A stretch of 64,000 bases of DNA from a candidate division FCPU426 bacterium (GTDB lineage Bacteria > Oederibacteriota > PGYV01 > Palsa-1178): contig PLPI01000055.1 in NCBI GenBank assembly GCA_003159495.1, positions 3,275-67,274 of the forward strand, given 5' to 3'. Below the pieces are notes generated by a model. It was given only the letters and a program-made list of their open reading frames with translations. It did not search any database and was not told the DNA's origin. Positions 27,239 to 37,190 of the stretch are shown here, in pieces. Made by a program: the position numbers and the translations under genes. The first letter of the stretch is position 1. Each line of letters starts with the position of its first letter.

Positions 27239-29315
27239 AAAACCGGTAAAACAGGGCGGAGCCACGGTGGCCGTGATGATAGTCAGCCTGATAATGATAA
27301 TGATCATACCCCTGCCCCCTTCGCTTATAAGCTTTTTGATTGTTATAAACTTTACACTTTCACTGCTTATACTCATGATAACCCTGTATATAGGCAATCC
27401 CCTTGAATTCTCGGTTTTTCCCAGCGTGCTGCTGGTAATGACCCTGCTTGACCTGGCGCTTAATATATCCATAACCAGGATGATACTTTTGAGCGGCAAC
27501 GCCGGCTCGGTCGTTTCGGCTTTTGGCGAGTTTGTCGTCGGCGGGAATGTGGTGGTGGGGCTGGTTGTATTTATAATAATAACAATCGTCCAGTTCGTGG
27601 TCATAACAAAAGGCGCCGAGAGGATAGCCGAGGTGGCGGCCAGATTTACCCTGGACGCCATGCCGGGAAAACAGATGTCCATCGACGCTGACTTGTCCGC
27701 GGGGCTCATAACGAACGAGGAGGCAAGGCGCCGCAGGAGGGAAGTTGAGGACGAGGCCGACTTTTACGGGGCAATGGATGGAGCCTCAAAATTTGTCAAA
27801 GGGAACGTCATTGCCGCAATAATAATAATATTTATAAACATTCTTGGCGGCATGGTTATGGGATATTTAAGGGGCGGGATGTCCCTGCTTGAAATAACAA
27901 AAATATACACAATCCTGACCATAGGCGAGGGGCTCGTGGCCCAGATACCGGCACTGGTGGTATCCATGGCGATGGGCGTGATCGTTACCCGCGCGGCGTC
28001 AAAATCAGACCTGGGGTCTGATTTTACCGCGCAGATATCAATGCAGCCAAAGGCGATAAAAATAGTAGCCGGATTCCTGTATGTGTTCGCCGCGGCCGGC
28101 CTTTTTACAAAATTACCGGTGTTCCCGTTCCTTTTAATGGCCATTCTGATGCATATAGTGTCCTCAAGGTTGAAAACGCAGCCGGAAACCTCAAAAGGAA
28201 GGGATGCCAGGGATGATAAAAAAAAGGACGGAGTCCCCCCGCTGTACAATATTATAAAAGTTTACCCGATAGAGCTTAACATAGGTTACGGGCTTTTGTC
28301 CCTGATAGACGAGAACAAAAAAGGAAATCTTCTGGACCGGCTTAAGCTCGTGCGCGAGAATGTTTCAAAAGAGCTCGGGTTCCTTCTGCCGCTGATAAGG
28401 GTTAAGGACAACAGCGAACTTACCACGAACCAGTACGCAATCAAAATAAAGGGCAATGAGGTGGCACAGGGGGAAATACTCATCGGCCATTATCTTGCAA
28501 TGACTTCGAACAACAAGGAGACAAAAGTAAAGATAAACGGCCTCCCGACGCAGGAACCGACATTCGGCCTGCCGGCAATATGGATAATTGAAAAAGAGAG
28601 GTTAAAGGCCGAAACCGCCGGGTATACGGTGGTTGATTCCGTGTCGGTTCTGGCCACACATCTTACGGAAGTCATAAAGACATACGCCCACGAAGTGTTC
28701 ACAAGAAAAGAACTCACGCAGATGATAGATATCATAAAAGCGGACAACCCGTCGCTTGTCGAGGATCTTATCCCGAATACGCTCTCCGCGGGTGATGTCG
28801 AAGCCGTGATAAAAAATGTCCTGAAGGAGAAGATTCCGGTGCGCGATATAGAGACCATACTTGAGGCGCTTGCCAACAACGGCAAGAAGATAAAGGATAC
28901 CGGGGTCCTGACGGAAATCATCAGGGAGGCTATATCCCGCTCGATATGCAGCCAGTTCAACAACGGAAAAAACCATCTTACCGTCGTTGCGATGGATCCA
29001 AACCTTGAAAAGTTAATAACGGAAAATGTCAGGCAGGTGGACAATGACGTGGTATATTCAATCGAACCGTCGCTTATGCAGAAAATAGTTAAATCCATAG
29101 GCTCTGCGGTGGAAAAACTCCTCGCCGTGAGCCCCATGCCGCTCGTGGTGTGTTCCCCGAATGTCAGGATGCATTTAAAAAAGCTCACCGAAAGGATAAT
29201 CCCGAACCTGAACATAATTTCCTACAATGAGATCGACCCCCTTTATAACGTCGAATCCGTTGCGATAATCGGGCTGCCCGAGGGGGCCGTGTCAGACAAG
29301 AATGTTATGGATTAA
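27228..29315 (+). CDS. flhA: Flagellar export apparatus protein FlhA
   Basis: ~695 aa with an N-terminal TM domain and a large cytoplasmic domain. Start chosen at MEDKK with a good RBS; the ORF is open from 27180. Confidence 0.9.
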   Translation: MEDKKPVKQGGATVAVMIVSLIMIMIIPLPPSLISFLIVINFTLSLLILMITLYIGNPLEFSVFPSVLLVMTLLDLALNISITRMILLSGNAGSVVSAFGEFVVGGNVVVGLVVFIIITIVQFVVITKGAERIAEVAARFTLDAMPGKQMSIDADLSAGLITNEEARRRRREVEDEADFYGAMDGASKFVKGNVIAAIIIIFINILGGMVMGYLRGGMSLLEITKIYTILTIGEGLVAQIPALVVSMAMGVIVTRAASKSDLGSDFTAQISMQPKAIKIVAGFLYVFAAAGLFTKLPVFPFLLMAILMHIVSSRLKTQPETSKGRDARDDKKKDGVPPLYNIIKVYPIELNIGYGLLSLIDENKKGNLLDRLKLVRENVSKELGFLLPLIRVKDNSELTTNQYAIKIKGNEVAQGEILIGHYLAMTSNNKETKVKINGLPTQEPTFGLPAIWIIEKERLKAETAGYTVVDSVSVLATHLTEVIKTYAHEVFTRKELTQMIDIIKADNPSLVEDLIPNTLSAGDVEAVIKNVLKEKIPVRDIETILEALANNGKKIKDTGVLTEIIREAISRSICSQFNNGKNHLTVVAMDPNLEKLITENVRQVDNDVVYSIEPSLMQKIVKSIGSAVEKLLAVSPMPLVVCSPNVRMHLKKLTERIIPNLNIISYNEIDPLYNVESVAIIGLPEGAVSDKNVMD

Positions 29316-29383
29316 TGGGGAGAAAATGATTATCATTAATGCGCCGGTTGTTGGTGAAACAGAAGAAAAACCGAGGAGGAATA

Positions 29384-30796
29384 ATGGACGTAAAAGCGTA
29401 TAAGATCCTGATAATAGACGATGACCCGGAGATAGTCTGGTACATCAGCAGCCTGATGAAAAAATTCGGGTATGAATTTGAAAGCTCTCCGAACGGCGAG
29501 GACGGGCTGGCAAAAATAGATAAAACATCATTTGATCTTGTCATACTTGATATCACCATGCCCGGGTTGTCGGGCGTCGAGGTCATGAAGCGCATGAACG
29601 AGCGGGGGTTTAAGTCGCCGGTAATAATCCTTTCAGCATATGAAAATGTCAATTTTGCGGTCGAGACGACAAAGCTGGGGGCCTATGATTACCTTGTAAA
29701 GCCGGTTGATGAGGAAAAATTAAGGGTGACGGTCCAGAATGCCCTGAAAACAAGGGAACTGGAAACCGAGGTCAAAATACTGCGCAATAAGATAAAGGCC
29801 GACGACCCTGACGGGGAAATAATAACCGGCCATCCGATTTTTATAAAAACAATAGAGACTGCAAAAAAAATATCGGGCTACGAGGTTTCGGTGCTGATCC
29901 TTGGAGAATCGGGGACGGGCAAGGAACTAATAGCAAGGACGATACACCGCAACAGCCAGAGAAAAGACGGCGCCTTTGTTTCCATAGACTGCGCCACGCT
30001 GCCTGACAACCTGGTGGAATCGGAACTCTTCGGACATGAAAAAGGGTCCTTCACCGGGGCCACCGAGGCGAAAACAGGAAGGTTTGAACTGGCCAACGGA
30101 GGATCTCTTTTCCTCGATGAGATAGGGAACCTTTCCCTGAATGTGCAGAAAAAACTTTTAAGGGTGATCCAGGAAAGGAAAATAGTGAGGATAGGCGGCA
30201 AAAAAACCATCGATCTTGATATCCGCATTATAACCGCCACTAATGTGGACCTGGCTGAAGCCGTTAAAAAAGGGGAATTCAGGGATGATCTGTTTCACAG
30301 GATAAACGAGTATTATCTTGAACTGCCGCCGCTAAGGATGAGGGGGGACGACATTCTGCTTTTAGCCGGAAGGTTCATACTGAAATACAACTTAAAATTC
30401 GGCAAAAATGTCAAAGACATTGATGACGAGGTAAAACAAATATTTACGGACTATTCGTGGCCCGGCAATGTAAGGGAGCTTGAAAACACGATAAAGCACG
30501 CTATTTTAATGGCTGATGCTGTTATCACAAAGGCAAACCTCCCCAAAAGCCTTACTGACAGGGTTATGATGGGAGAGGCCGCGGATTATTCCGGGAATCC
30601 GGAGGGCGCGGATGCAGGGACCGACGGAGAAATAATGTCTTTGAAAGACGCCTGCGGCAGGGCCAGGGAACACATAGAAAGGGAAATGATAATGAAGGCC
30701 CTTAAAAAGTTCAAGTGGAACAAAACGAAGGTGGCCGAGGCGCTTAAGGTGGATTACAAGACACTTTACAATAAAATGAAAGAATACGGGCTTTAA
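29384..30796 (+). CDS. Sigma-54-dependent response regulator (REC, AAA+ sigma-54 activator, Fis-type HTH)
   Basis: REC acidic pocket IIDDDPE...LDITMP. Walker A GESGTGKE and a GSFTGA (GAFTGA-type) loop. C-terminal HTH WNKTKVAEALKVDYKTLYNKM. RBS gaggagg. Confidence 0.85.
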   Translation: MDVKAYKILIIDDDPEIVWYISSLMKKFGYEFESSPNGEDGLAKIDKTSFDLVILDITMPGLSGVEVMKRMNERGFKSPVIILSAYENVNFAVETTKLGAYDYLVKPVDEEKLRVTVQNALKTRELETEVKILRNKIKADDPDGEIITGHPIFIKTIETAKKISGYEVSVLILGESGTGKELIARTIHRNSQRKDGAFVSIDCATLPDNLVESELFGHEKGSFTGATEAKTGRFELANGGSLFLDEIGNLSLNVQKKLLRVIQERKIVRIGGKKTIDLDIRIITATNVDLAEAVKKGEFRDDLFHRINEYYLELPPLRMRGDDILLLAGRFILKYNLKFGKNVKDIDDEVKQIFTDYSWPGNVRELENTIKHAILMADAVITKANLPKSLTDRVMMGEAADYSGNPEGADAGTDGEIMSLKDACGRAREHIEREMIMKALKKFKWNKTKVAEALKVDYKTLYNKMKEYGL

Positions 30797-30809
30797 GGAG
30801 GCACAGGAA

Positions 30810-31004
30810 ATGGCATTTATAACATTTTTCGCGCCGCCGGCGGCGTTTTTAGCGTGCGTCATCCTTGGAATACTGTTCCATAAATCGTGGGGAGGGGTGC
30901 TTGCAGGATCGGTAGTATTTTATGCCCTGACTTTTATACTGATGGCTGTGATAAATAAAATAACGGCTGACAGGATGCCTGTAAACAGCGAGGTGGAAAA
31001 ATGA
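30810..31004 (+). CDS. Small two-TM membrane protein of unknown function
   Basis: 64 aa, strong RBS aaggagg, 4-bp overlap with fliA. Confidence 0.4.
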   Translation: MAFITFFAPPAAFLACVILGILFHKSWGGVLAGSVVFYALTFILMAVINKITADRMPVNSEVEK

Positions 31005-31738
31005 ACGACGATGAAAGGATAATGTGGGAAAGGTTCAAACAAACGAAAAGCGCCGCGGCCAGGAACGAAATAGCCAAAAAATATATAAATCTGGTGCGGT
31101 TTGTGGTTGAAAAGGTCTATTTTGCATCCTCGCTGGCCAGCAAAGACGACCTTTTTAACATCGGCGCCATGGGGCTGCTGGAAGCTGTGGAGAAATACGA
31201 CACGGGACGGGATATAAAATTCGTAACATACGCCTATTTCAGGATATACGGCAGTATAATGGACTATTTAAGAAGCGCGGATTGGGCTCCCAGGTCCGTC
31301 AAGGAAAAATCATCAAAACTTGAAAAAGCCTACAGGGCATTAATGGAACGCGGCATTTCAAACCCCACGGACGAGCAGGTCGCCGGGGAGATGAAAATGG
31401 ATATGAACTCATATTACAGGCTTATAGACGGCCTGCATGTCAACAAGGTTTATTCGATAGACGAATTTTTTTCCGCTGACGGCGCGGGCTGCCCGGTATG
31501 TGCCGATGAAAACTCCGGAAACACCGAGCGCAGGGAACTGCTGGCGCGCATAATAGACACGGCCCTTGACAGCAGGGAACAATCGGTGCTGGCGATGTAT
31601 TATTATGAAGGTTTCACCCTCAAGGAAATATCAAAGTCAATGGACCTTACTGAGGCGAGAATCTCCCAGATACACGGGCAGGCCATCTCCAAGATAAAGG
31701 CGCAACTATCCATTGAAAAAGTGCTGAATATATTTTAG
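31001..31738 (+). CDS. fliA: Flagellar sigma factor FliA (sigma-28)
   Basis: Sigma-70 regions 2 and 4: YINLVRFVV..., DLFNIGAMGLLEAVEKYD, LKEISKSMDLTEARISQI. Confidence 0.8.
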   Translation: MNDDERIMWERFKQTKSAAARNEIAKKYINLVRFVVEKVYFASSLASKDDLFNIGAMGLLEAVEKYDTGRDIKFVTYAYFRIYGSIMDYLRSADWAPRSVKEKSSKLEKAYRALMERGISNPTDEQVAGEMKMDMNSYYRLIDGLHVNKVYSIDEFFSADGAGCPVCADENSGNTERRELLARIIDTALDSREQSVLAMYYYEGFTLKEISKSMDLTEARISQIHGQAISKIKAQLSIEKVLNIF

Positions 31739-31815
31739 AATTAGGCAAGTACGGCAGCGTGCCTGACAGGGGGTTTAAAAACGGGGCGGCCGAAAACAGG
31801 CGGGAAAAGGAAAAT

Positions 31816-34254
31816 ATGCAAAAAAAAATTCTTATAGTCGACGATGAACCCGATATTGTAAAAATAATCAAGATAATACTTGAGATAGAGCCGGGACAGT
31901 ATGAAGTGCATACCTCCAGCGACGGCAGGGACGCCCTGAAAAAGATATCCGAGTTCAGGCCGGATCTTATTCTCCTTGATGAAATGCTGCCTCTTTTAAA
32001 AGGCAATGAAGTGGCGAAAATAATCAAAAACGACCCCGAACTCAGAAAAATACCCGTCATAATGGTAACCGCGCGGCACCTGCAAAAGGACAAGGTGGAC
32101 AGCCTGGAAAACGCGATGGTGGACGACTATATAACAAAGCCTTTTGAGCCGGAGGAACTGCGCGCCAGGATAAAGGCCATGCTCAGGATTAAAACACTGA
32201 CCGACGAGCTTGAGGCCGCAAACCGGTCCATGCAGGAACTGTATTCAAGGGCGGCCGACACGGCCGCGATGCGCAAGAGAATGCTTGACGAGGTGCTCAG
32301 GGGCATGCCGTTTGCCGTAATGCTGACCGACGGGGAGATGCAGATACTTGAGGCGAACTCAAACCTGTATGAGATGCTTTCAATCGACCAGGGGCGCATA
32401 ATAGGCGCTGATGCGTCGGCCCTGTTTGGCACCAGGATAAAACGTGATGTAACCCCGACCATGGTGCAGTTTTTTGCCCCCAAGAAAGGAAAATTATACC
32501 TGGAAATCAGCTGCGTGGAAATGGATGACGGGCTGCGCTGTATACTTGTCGTAAATGACAGGACGCGCGAACGCCTTATGAACAACATACAGGTGCTTTT
32601 CAGGCACACTCTCAATGAATCAACGGGAAATACAAACACCGAATTTTTCAAAAAACTGCTCGGCGAGGTGAAAAGTTATTTTTATGCCGAAGCCGGCGCG
32701 GTTTATATCTTTGACGGGGACAACATTTACAAGGGCGCAATGGCGGAACAGGGCGGGGCGGAGAAATTTTCGGACGCGGAATTGAAGGTTTACATGCCGC
32801 AGGTAAAAAAAGCGATGCATCAGCGGCCCGCTTATATATCCGGGGCCGATATAAAAAAGTACATGGAGGACCCTTCCGGCCATGTGACGAATATTGTGGC
32901 CATACCCTTAAAGGGCATGGAGATAAAACTCGGCATCCTTATGCTTTACAATTCACCCGGCATAGAAACATCATTTGAATATAAGATAGAAATTATAGAC
33001 TTTATCGTAAGTATTGTGAGCGTGCTTTATAAGAACATGATGCTTGTCGGCAAACTCAACAAGGAAAATATACTTGTCAGGAGCCTTATAAATATTTCGC
33101 AGATAATAAATTCGACCATGGAATACAACAAGCTCATCGGAATATTCGTTGAGATAGTTTCCCAGTTTATAGGATCGGAAACAGTGGGGCTGTTTTTGTT
33201 CAACAAAAAAACACACAACCTTGAGCACATACATTCCAGGGGTTATTCCAGGGAGCGGATGGAACTCTATTCGAAGTCGCTTATCAGCAGGGATGAAATA
33301 GAGAATTACGGCAGGGATGAAGCCGCGGCCCTTGTGAACAATGAAAAATTTGCGCCGTTTAATACCCCGGGGCTGACAAAGGTTTTCCCGCTGAAATTAA
33401 GGTATAAGCTCATAGGCTATGTCAGCGTTGAAAAAGCCGAAACAGACCCGATGCATATGGAAATGCTTGCCCTTTTGATGGAGCATGTCGCCAAATCAAT
33501 TGAGAACTCATACCTTTTCGACCAGATATTAAAGCAGAACGAACAGCTTATTAATACTACGGAAATGCTGCGCAAGACGGAACAGAGGCTGATTATAAGC
33601 GAACAGCTTGCCGGTATGGGGAAGTTTGCCGCGGCAGTTGCCCACGAGATCAGGAATCCGCTCACCATTATGCTCGGCGCGGTCCAGAATTCAAGGAACG
33701 CAACTGTGGAGGAAAAAGATTCCATACTGGAGCATCTGGAGGGGAAAATAATCGATATTGACCACATTTTGAAACAGATGATGGAATACGCCAAACAGAT
33801 GAAGATAACCATAGAGGAATTTGACCCGGTAGCTTCGATAGGAGAAACCCTTAATTTTATAGGACACAAGGCCAAAGTTGAGAATGTCAGGATTAAACAG
33901 GACCTGAAAGTGGCGTCAAAGGTGAAGGCCGACAGGATGTGGTTTGAAAGGGTGCTTTTAAACCTTTATATGAACGCAATGGATGAAATGAAAGGCGGCG
34001 GGGAACTTACCGTGTCCGCCTCCGAGGACGCCGAGAACATTATTTTAAATATCGGAGATACGGGCAGCGGAATACCCGAAGAGATAAAAAACAAGATATT
34101 CGAGCCGTTCAACACATCCAAAAAAACCGGAACCGGGCTCGGGTTGTACAATGTGAAAAAGGCAATAGAACTGCAGGGCGGAAAAATAGACTTTATTACT
34201 TCAAAGCAGGGCACTGTTTTTACCATACACCTGGCAAAGTGTGTACCCGAATAA
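31816..34254 (+). CDS. Hybrid sensor kinase: N-terminal REC, PAS/GAF, HisKA, canonical HATPase_c
   Basis: REC ILIVDDEPDIV...LILLDEMLP; H-box AHEIRNPL; G1 DTGSGI; G2 GTGLGL. The ORF is open from 31759. Confidence 0.75.
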   Translation: MQKKILIVDDEPDIVKIIKIILEIEPGQYEVHTSSDGRDALKKISEFRPDLILLDEMLPLLKGNEVAKIIKNDPELRKIPVIMVTARHLQKDKVDSLENAMVDDYITKPFEPEELRARIKAMLRIKTLTDELEAANRSMQELYSRAADTAAMRKRMLDEVLRGMPFAVMLTDGEMQILEANSNLYEMLSIDQGRIIGADASALFGTRIKRDVTPTMVQFFAPKKGKLYLEISCVEMDDGLRCILVVNDRTRERLMNNIQVLFRHTLNESTGNTNTEFFKKLLGEVKSYFYAEAGAVYIFDGDNIYKGAMAEQGGAEKFSDAELKVYMPQVKKAMHQRPAYISGADIKKYMEDPSGHVTNIVAIPLKGMEIKLGILMLYNSPGIETSFEYKIEIIDFIVSIVSVLYKNMMLVGKLNKENILVRSLINISQIINSTMEYNKLIGIFVEIVSQFIGSETVGLFLFNKKTHNLEHIHSRGYSRERMELYSKSLISRDEIENYGRDEAAALVNNEKFAPFNTPGLTKVFPLKLRYKLIGYVSVEKAETDPMHMEMLALLMEHVAKSIENSYLFDQILKQNEQLINTTEMLRKTEQRLIISEQLAGMGKFAAAVAHEIRNPLTIMLGAVQNSRNATVEEKDSILEHLEGKIIDIDHILKQMMEYAKQMKITIEEFDPVASIGETLNFIGHKAKVENVRIKQDLKVASKVKADRMWFERVLLNLYMNAMDEMKGGGELTVSASEDAENIILNIGDTGSGIPEEIKNKIFEPFNTSKKTGTGLGLYNVKKAIELQGGKIDFITSKQGTVFTIHLAKCVPE

Positions 34255-34393
34255 AATATTGAACGCCTTCGCCCGGTATTATTTTGTATCCCGGGCCGGC
34301 CCGGCCGCCTTGTTTCCATAATTTATGGAAGAAAACCCCTGTTATCATCCGCGATAAACCGTAAAAACCCTTATTTTAAATGAAAAAATCATC

Positions 34394-34410
34394 CGGCACG
34401 TTTTGTGCTA
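34394..34410 (+). promoter_or_regulatory. Candidate sigma-54 promoter for flgF-flgG-flgA-flgH-flgI
   Basis: Sequence CGGCAC-gtttt-GTGCTA with GG-N10-GC spacing, 43 nt upstream of flgF; the best of the three matches to TGGCAC-N5-TTGCW. Confidence 0.4.
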
Positions 34411-34450
34411 AATATCCATATGCCATAAAAATTATAAACGTGAGGTTGCG

Positions 34451-35143
34451 ATGGATAACGGGATAAGGATTTCAGCAGATGCAATGACCGTAAAGATGCA
34501 ACAGCACGAAATTACAGCCCAGAACACCGCCAACATAGACACTGATTACTATAAAAGCAAGGATCTATTTTTTGTTGACATGGATGACGGCGCCCCGCAG
34601 ACGGTTGAAACCACCGACTTTTCCAGCGGCCCTGTGCGGAACACGGGCAACCCGCTTGATGTCACGCTGGGGAAAAATTATTTTTTAAAGGCCGAAGACG
34701 GCAGCGGTTCGGCATATTATATAAAGGACGGAAGGCTTTCAATGAATTCGTCCGGCGAACTCACCTTTCAGGGGATGAAAATACTCAATACTTCCGGCAC
34801 CAGCATAAAAATAAATTCACTCTCCGGCTTCAAAATAACGAAAAACGGCAGCTGCATGGAAAACAATGAAGTGGTGGGAAAGCTTGACATAGTACAGGCA
34901 GGCGCCTCGGCAAGGATAGTGCCCCAGGACAACGGGGCGTTTAAAATAGACGATGACGGCGTCGCCGCGCCGGCCGGATATTCCCTTATAACGCAGGGAA
35001 TGAGGGAAGGGTCAAATGTAAACAGGGTCAACGAAATGATAAAAATGGTGAACACTCTGAATTCATACGAGGCAAACCAGAAACTTATACAGGCAAATGA
35101 CGATGCTGTGGAAAAGGCAATAGCCGAGTTTGGAAAATTCTAG
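34451..35143 (+). CDS. flgF: Flagellar proximal rod protein FlgF
   Basis: 230 aa with rod-family N- and C-terminal heptads, directly before flgG. Confidence 0.75.
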   Translation: MDNGIRISADAMTVKMQQHEITAQNTANIDTDYYKSKDLFFVDMDDGAPQTVETTDFSSGPVRNTGNPLDVTLGKNYFLKAEDGSGSAYYIKDGRLSMNSSGELTFQGMKILNTSGTSIKINSLSGFKITKNGSCMENNEVVGKLDIVQAGASARIVPQDNGAFKIDDDGVAAPAGYSLITQGMREGSNVNRVNEMIKMVNTLNSYEANQKLIQANDDAVEKAIAEFGKF

Positions 35144-35161
35144 GAAAAGGGGTATTAAAAA

Positions 35162-35911
35162 ATGAGAGCACTCTGGGTATCAGGTTCGGGAATGGCGGCA
35201 GAAGAACAAAAACTTGACCTTATCGCGAACAATATGGCCAATATGAATACTGTGGGTTATAAGTTCCAGGACGCTTTTGTGCAGGAAATGTCACAGGTGG
35301 ACGACGACGGGAAAAACGTGCAGATAAATCCGGCCGGGTCGTATGTGGCTTCCACATCGAGGAATTTCACACAGGGCGCGATTGCGTCCACCGGAAACAG
35401 CCTGGATGTGGCCATAAACGGCGACGGTTTTTTTGAAGTCACACTGCCCGATGACACCACTGGATATACCAGAGGCGGACAGTTTTCCGTGGACGCCAAT
35501 GGTTCGCTTGTAACAAAGGACGGCAACAAGGTTTATCCCGACGTCACTGTGCCGCCGGACACGACTTCAATCACAATAAACACCAGCGGACAGATATCGG
35601 CCCTGAAAAATGACGGCACCACGCAGGTTCTCGGGTCGTTTGAACTGGCAAAGTTCATAAACCCGGGCGGATTGACCGACGAGGGCGGCGGCATATTCAA
35701 GCCAAACGCAAATTCCGGGGATCCTGTAGTGGATGCGCCGGGAAACCAGGGGATCGGGACGCTGCAGCAGGGTTATACTGAAGGTTCTAATGTGGATTTG
35801 TCAACTGAAATGTTAAAGATGATGCTTACCCAGAGGTCCTATGAAATGAACACCAAGGTGCTGCAGACAACCGACCAGATGATGAGCCTCGCAAACGGGA
35901 TAAAGAGGTAA
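35162..35911 (+). CDS. flgG: Flagellar distal rod protein FlgG
   Basis: NNMANMNTVGYK N-terminal and TQRSYEMNTKVLQTTDQM C-terminal motifs. Confidence 0.9.
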   Translation: MRALWVSGSGMAAEEQKLDLIANNMANMNTVGYKFQDAFVQEMSQVDDDGKNVQINPAGSYVASTSRNFTQGAIASTGNSLDVAINGDGFFEVTLPDDTTGYTRGGQFSVDANGSLVTKDGNKVYPDVTVPPDTTSITINTSGQISALKNDGTTQVLGSFELAKFINPGGLTDEGGGIFKPNANSGDPVVDAPGNQGIGTLQQGYTEGSNVDLSTEMLKMMLTQRSYEMNTKVLQTTDQMMSLANGIKR

Positions 35912-35913
35912 TT

Positions 35914-36621
35914 ATGAAAAAAATAACCGCGATAATAATCGGCGTTTTGCTGCCCGCGGCGTGCTTTGCCATGAATGCCGCCGGACAAAAGAGCGCTAAA
36001 AATTTGATTATGACGGCGGTTATCAATGAAATAAAAAAGGAAGCGCCAAAAAACGCCGCCATAAGCGTTGAATTTGAAAAGCCGCAGCTTATAAATGTTT
36101 TTGACGGAGCCGTTTCAATCACCGCCGGGACCCGGGGGAGCCTGTCCGGGGAAATGCGTTTTTATATTTCGGGATATGTCGACGGTAAAAAGATGGATTC
36201 ATATATACCGGTTCTTGTGCGGGCGGTTTGCCCGGTTATAGTTGCGTCAAGGACCCTTGAGGCAAGGACGATGATACGCGGGACGGACCTGTCAATGGCG
36301 GATAAAGATATTGCAACCATGAGTTTTATGCCGTTTTTTGCGGGAGACGCGGATAAAATTACCGGTATGCTTACCTCAAAAGCCCTGCAAAAAGCAAGGG
36401 TGATAGGGCCATCTGATGTCCAGCCGGTGCCGGTAATATCGCGGGGCGACCTGGTTACAATTACATGCAATGATGAAAATATGCACATGGAAGTCCAGGG
36501 CCGCGCCGAAGGGCAGGGCGCCGTGGGCGAAACAATAGAGGTCAGGAATACCGCTTCAAAAAAACTTGTTATGGCAACGGTTGTGTCACAATCCATGGTC
36601 CGGGTAGGGGAGGGAAAATGA
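35914..36621 (+). CDS. flgA: P-ring assembly chaperone FlgA
   Basis: Signal peptide; C-terminal SAF-like domain (RGDLVTI...VRNTASKKLV). Confidence 0.75.
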   Translation: MKKITAIIIGVLLPAACFAMNAAGQKSAKNLIMTAVINEIKKEAPKNAAISVEFEKPQLINVFDGAVSITAGTRGSLSGEMRFYISGYVDGKKMDSYIPVLVRAVCPVIVASRTLEARTMIRGTDLSMADKDIATMSFMPFFAGDADKITGMLTSKALQKARVIGPSDVQPVPVISRGDLVTITCNDENMHMEVQGRAEGQGAVGETIEVRNTASKKLVMATVVSQSMVRVGEGK

Positions 36622-37190
36622 AAAAAACAATAATGGTATTAAGCCTGTTTTTTATAAGCGCCTGTTTTTTATCTGCTGTGGATTTGTCGGGGGATTTGAA
36701 TTCACCTTATTCAAATACAAAGACGTATAAGACGGGGGATACGGTGAGAGTGCTTATAAACGAAAATGCGACCGCTGCGCAGTCCAATGAAACCGGCGTG
36801 TCAAGGGATTTTGGGATCACAGCCGGTGCCGGGCCGTCAAGCAACACCACGGCATACGGCGGGCAGTTCAACTATAATAACCAGAATACCGGGAAAGGAA
36901 CCGCGACCCAGAGCGGTGTGCTGCAGACCGAGATAACGGTCGAAGTTATGGAGGTCAAACAGAACGGGTATCTTGTGTTAAAGGGGCAGAAGGATCTGCA
37001 GATGAACGGCAACACGCAGAAAATATCCGTAGAGGGGGAAGTTAACCCCATGGATATAGAGGCGGACAACACGATTCTTTCGACAAAAGTGGTAAACGCG
37101 AAAATAAATTATACAGGCGACGGCGTTCTTGGCAACAAGGCAAAAATGGGTTTCCTGAGCCAGGTTTTTGACTGGCTGGGAATATTCTGA
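36618..37190 (+). CDS. flgH: Flagellar L-ring protein FlgH
   Basis: Lipoprotein-like signal (FISAC); the C-terminal motif LVLKGQKDLQMNG...INYTGDG matches the FlgH family. Confidence 0.85.
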   Translation: MKKTIMVLSLFFISACFLSAVDLSGDLNSPYSNTKTYKTGDTVRVLINENATAAQSNETGVSRDFGITAGAGPSSNTTAYGGQFNYNNQNTGKGTATQSGVLQTEITVEVMEVKQNGYLVLKGQKDLQMNGNTQKISVEGEVNPMDIEADNTILSTKVVNAKINYTGDGVLGNKAKMGFLSQVFDWLGIF

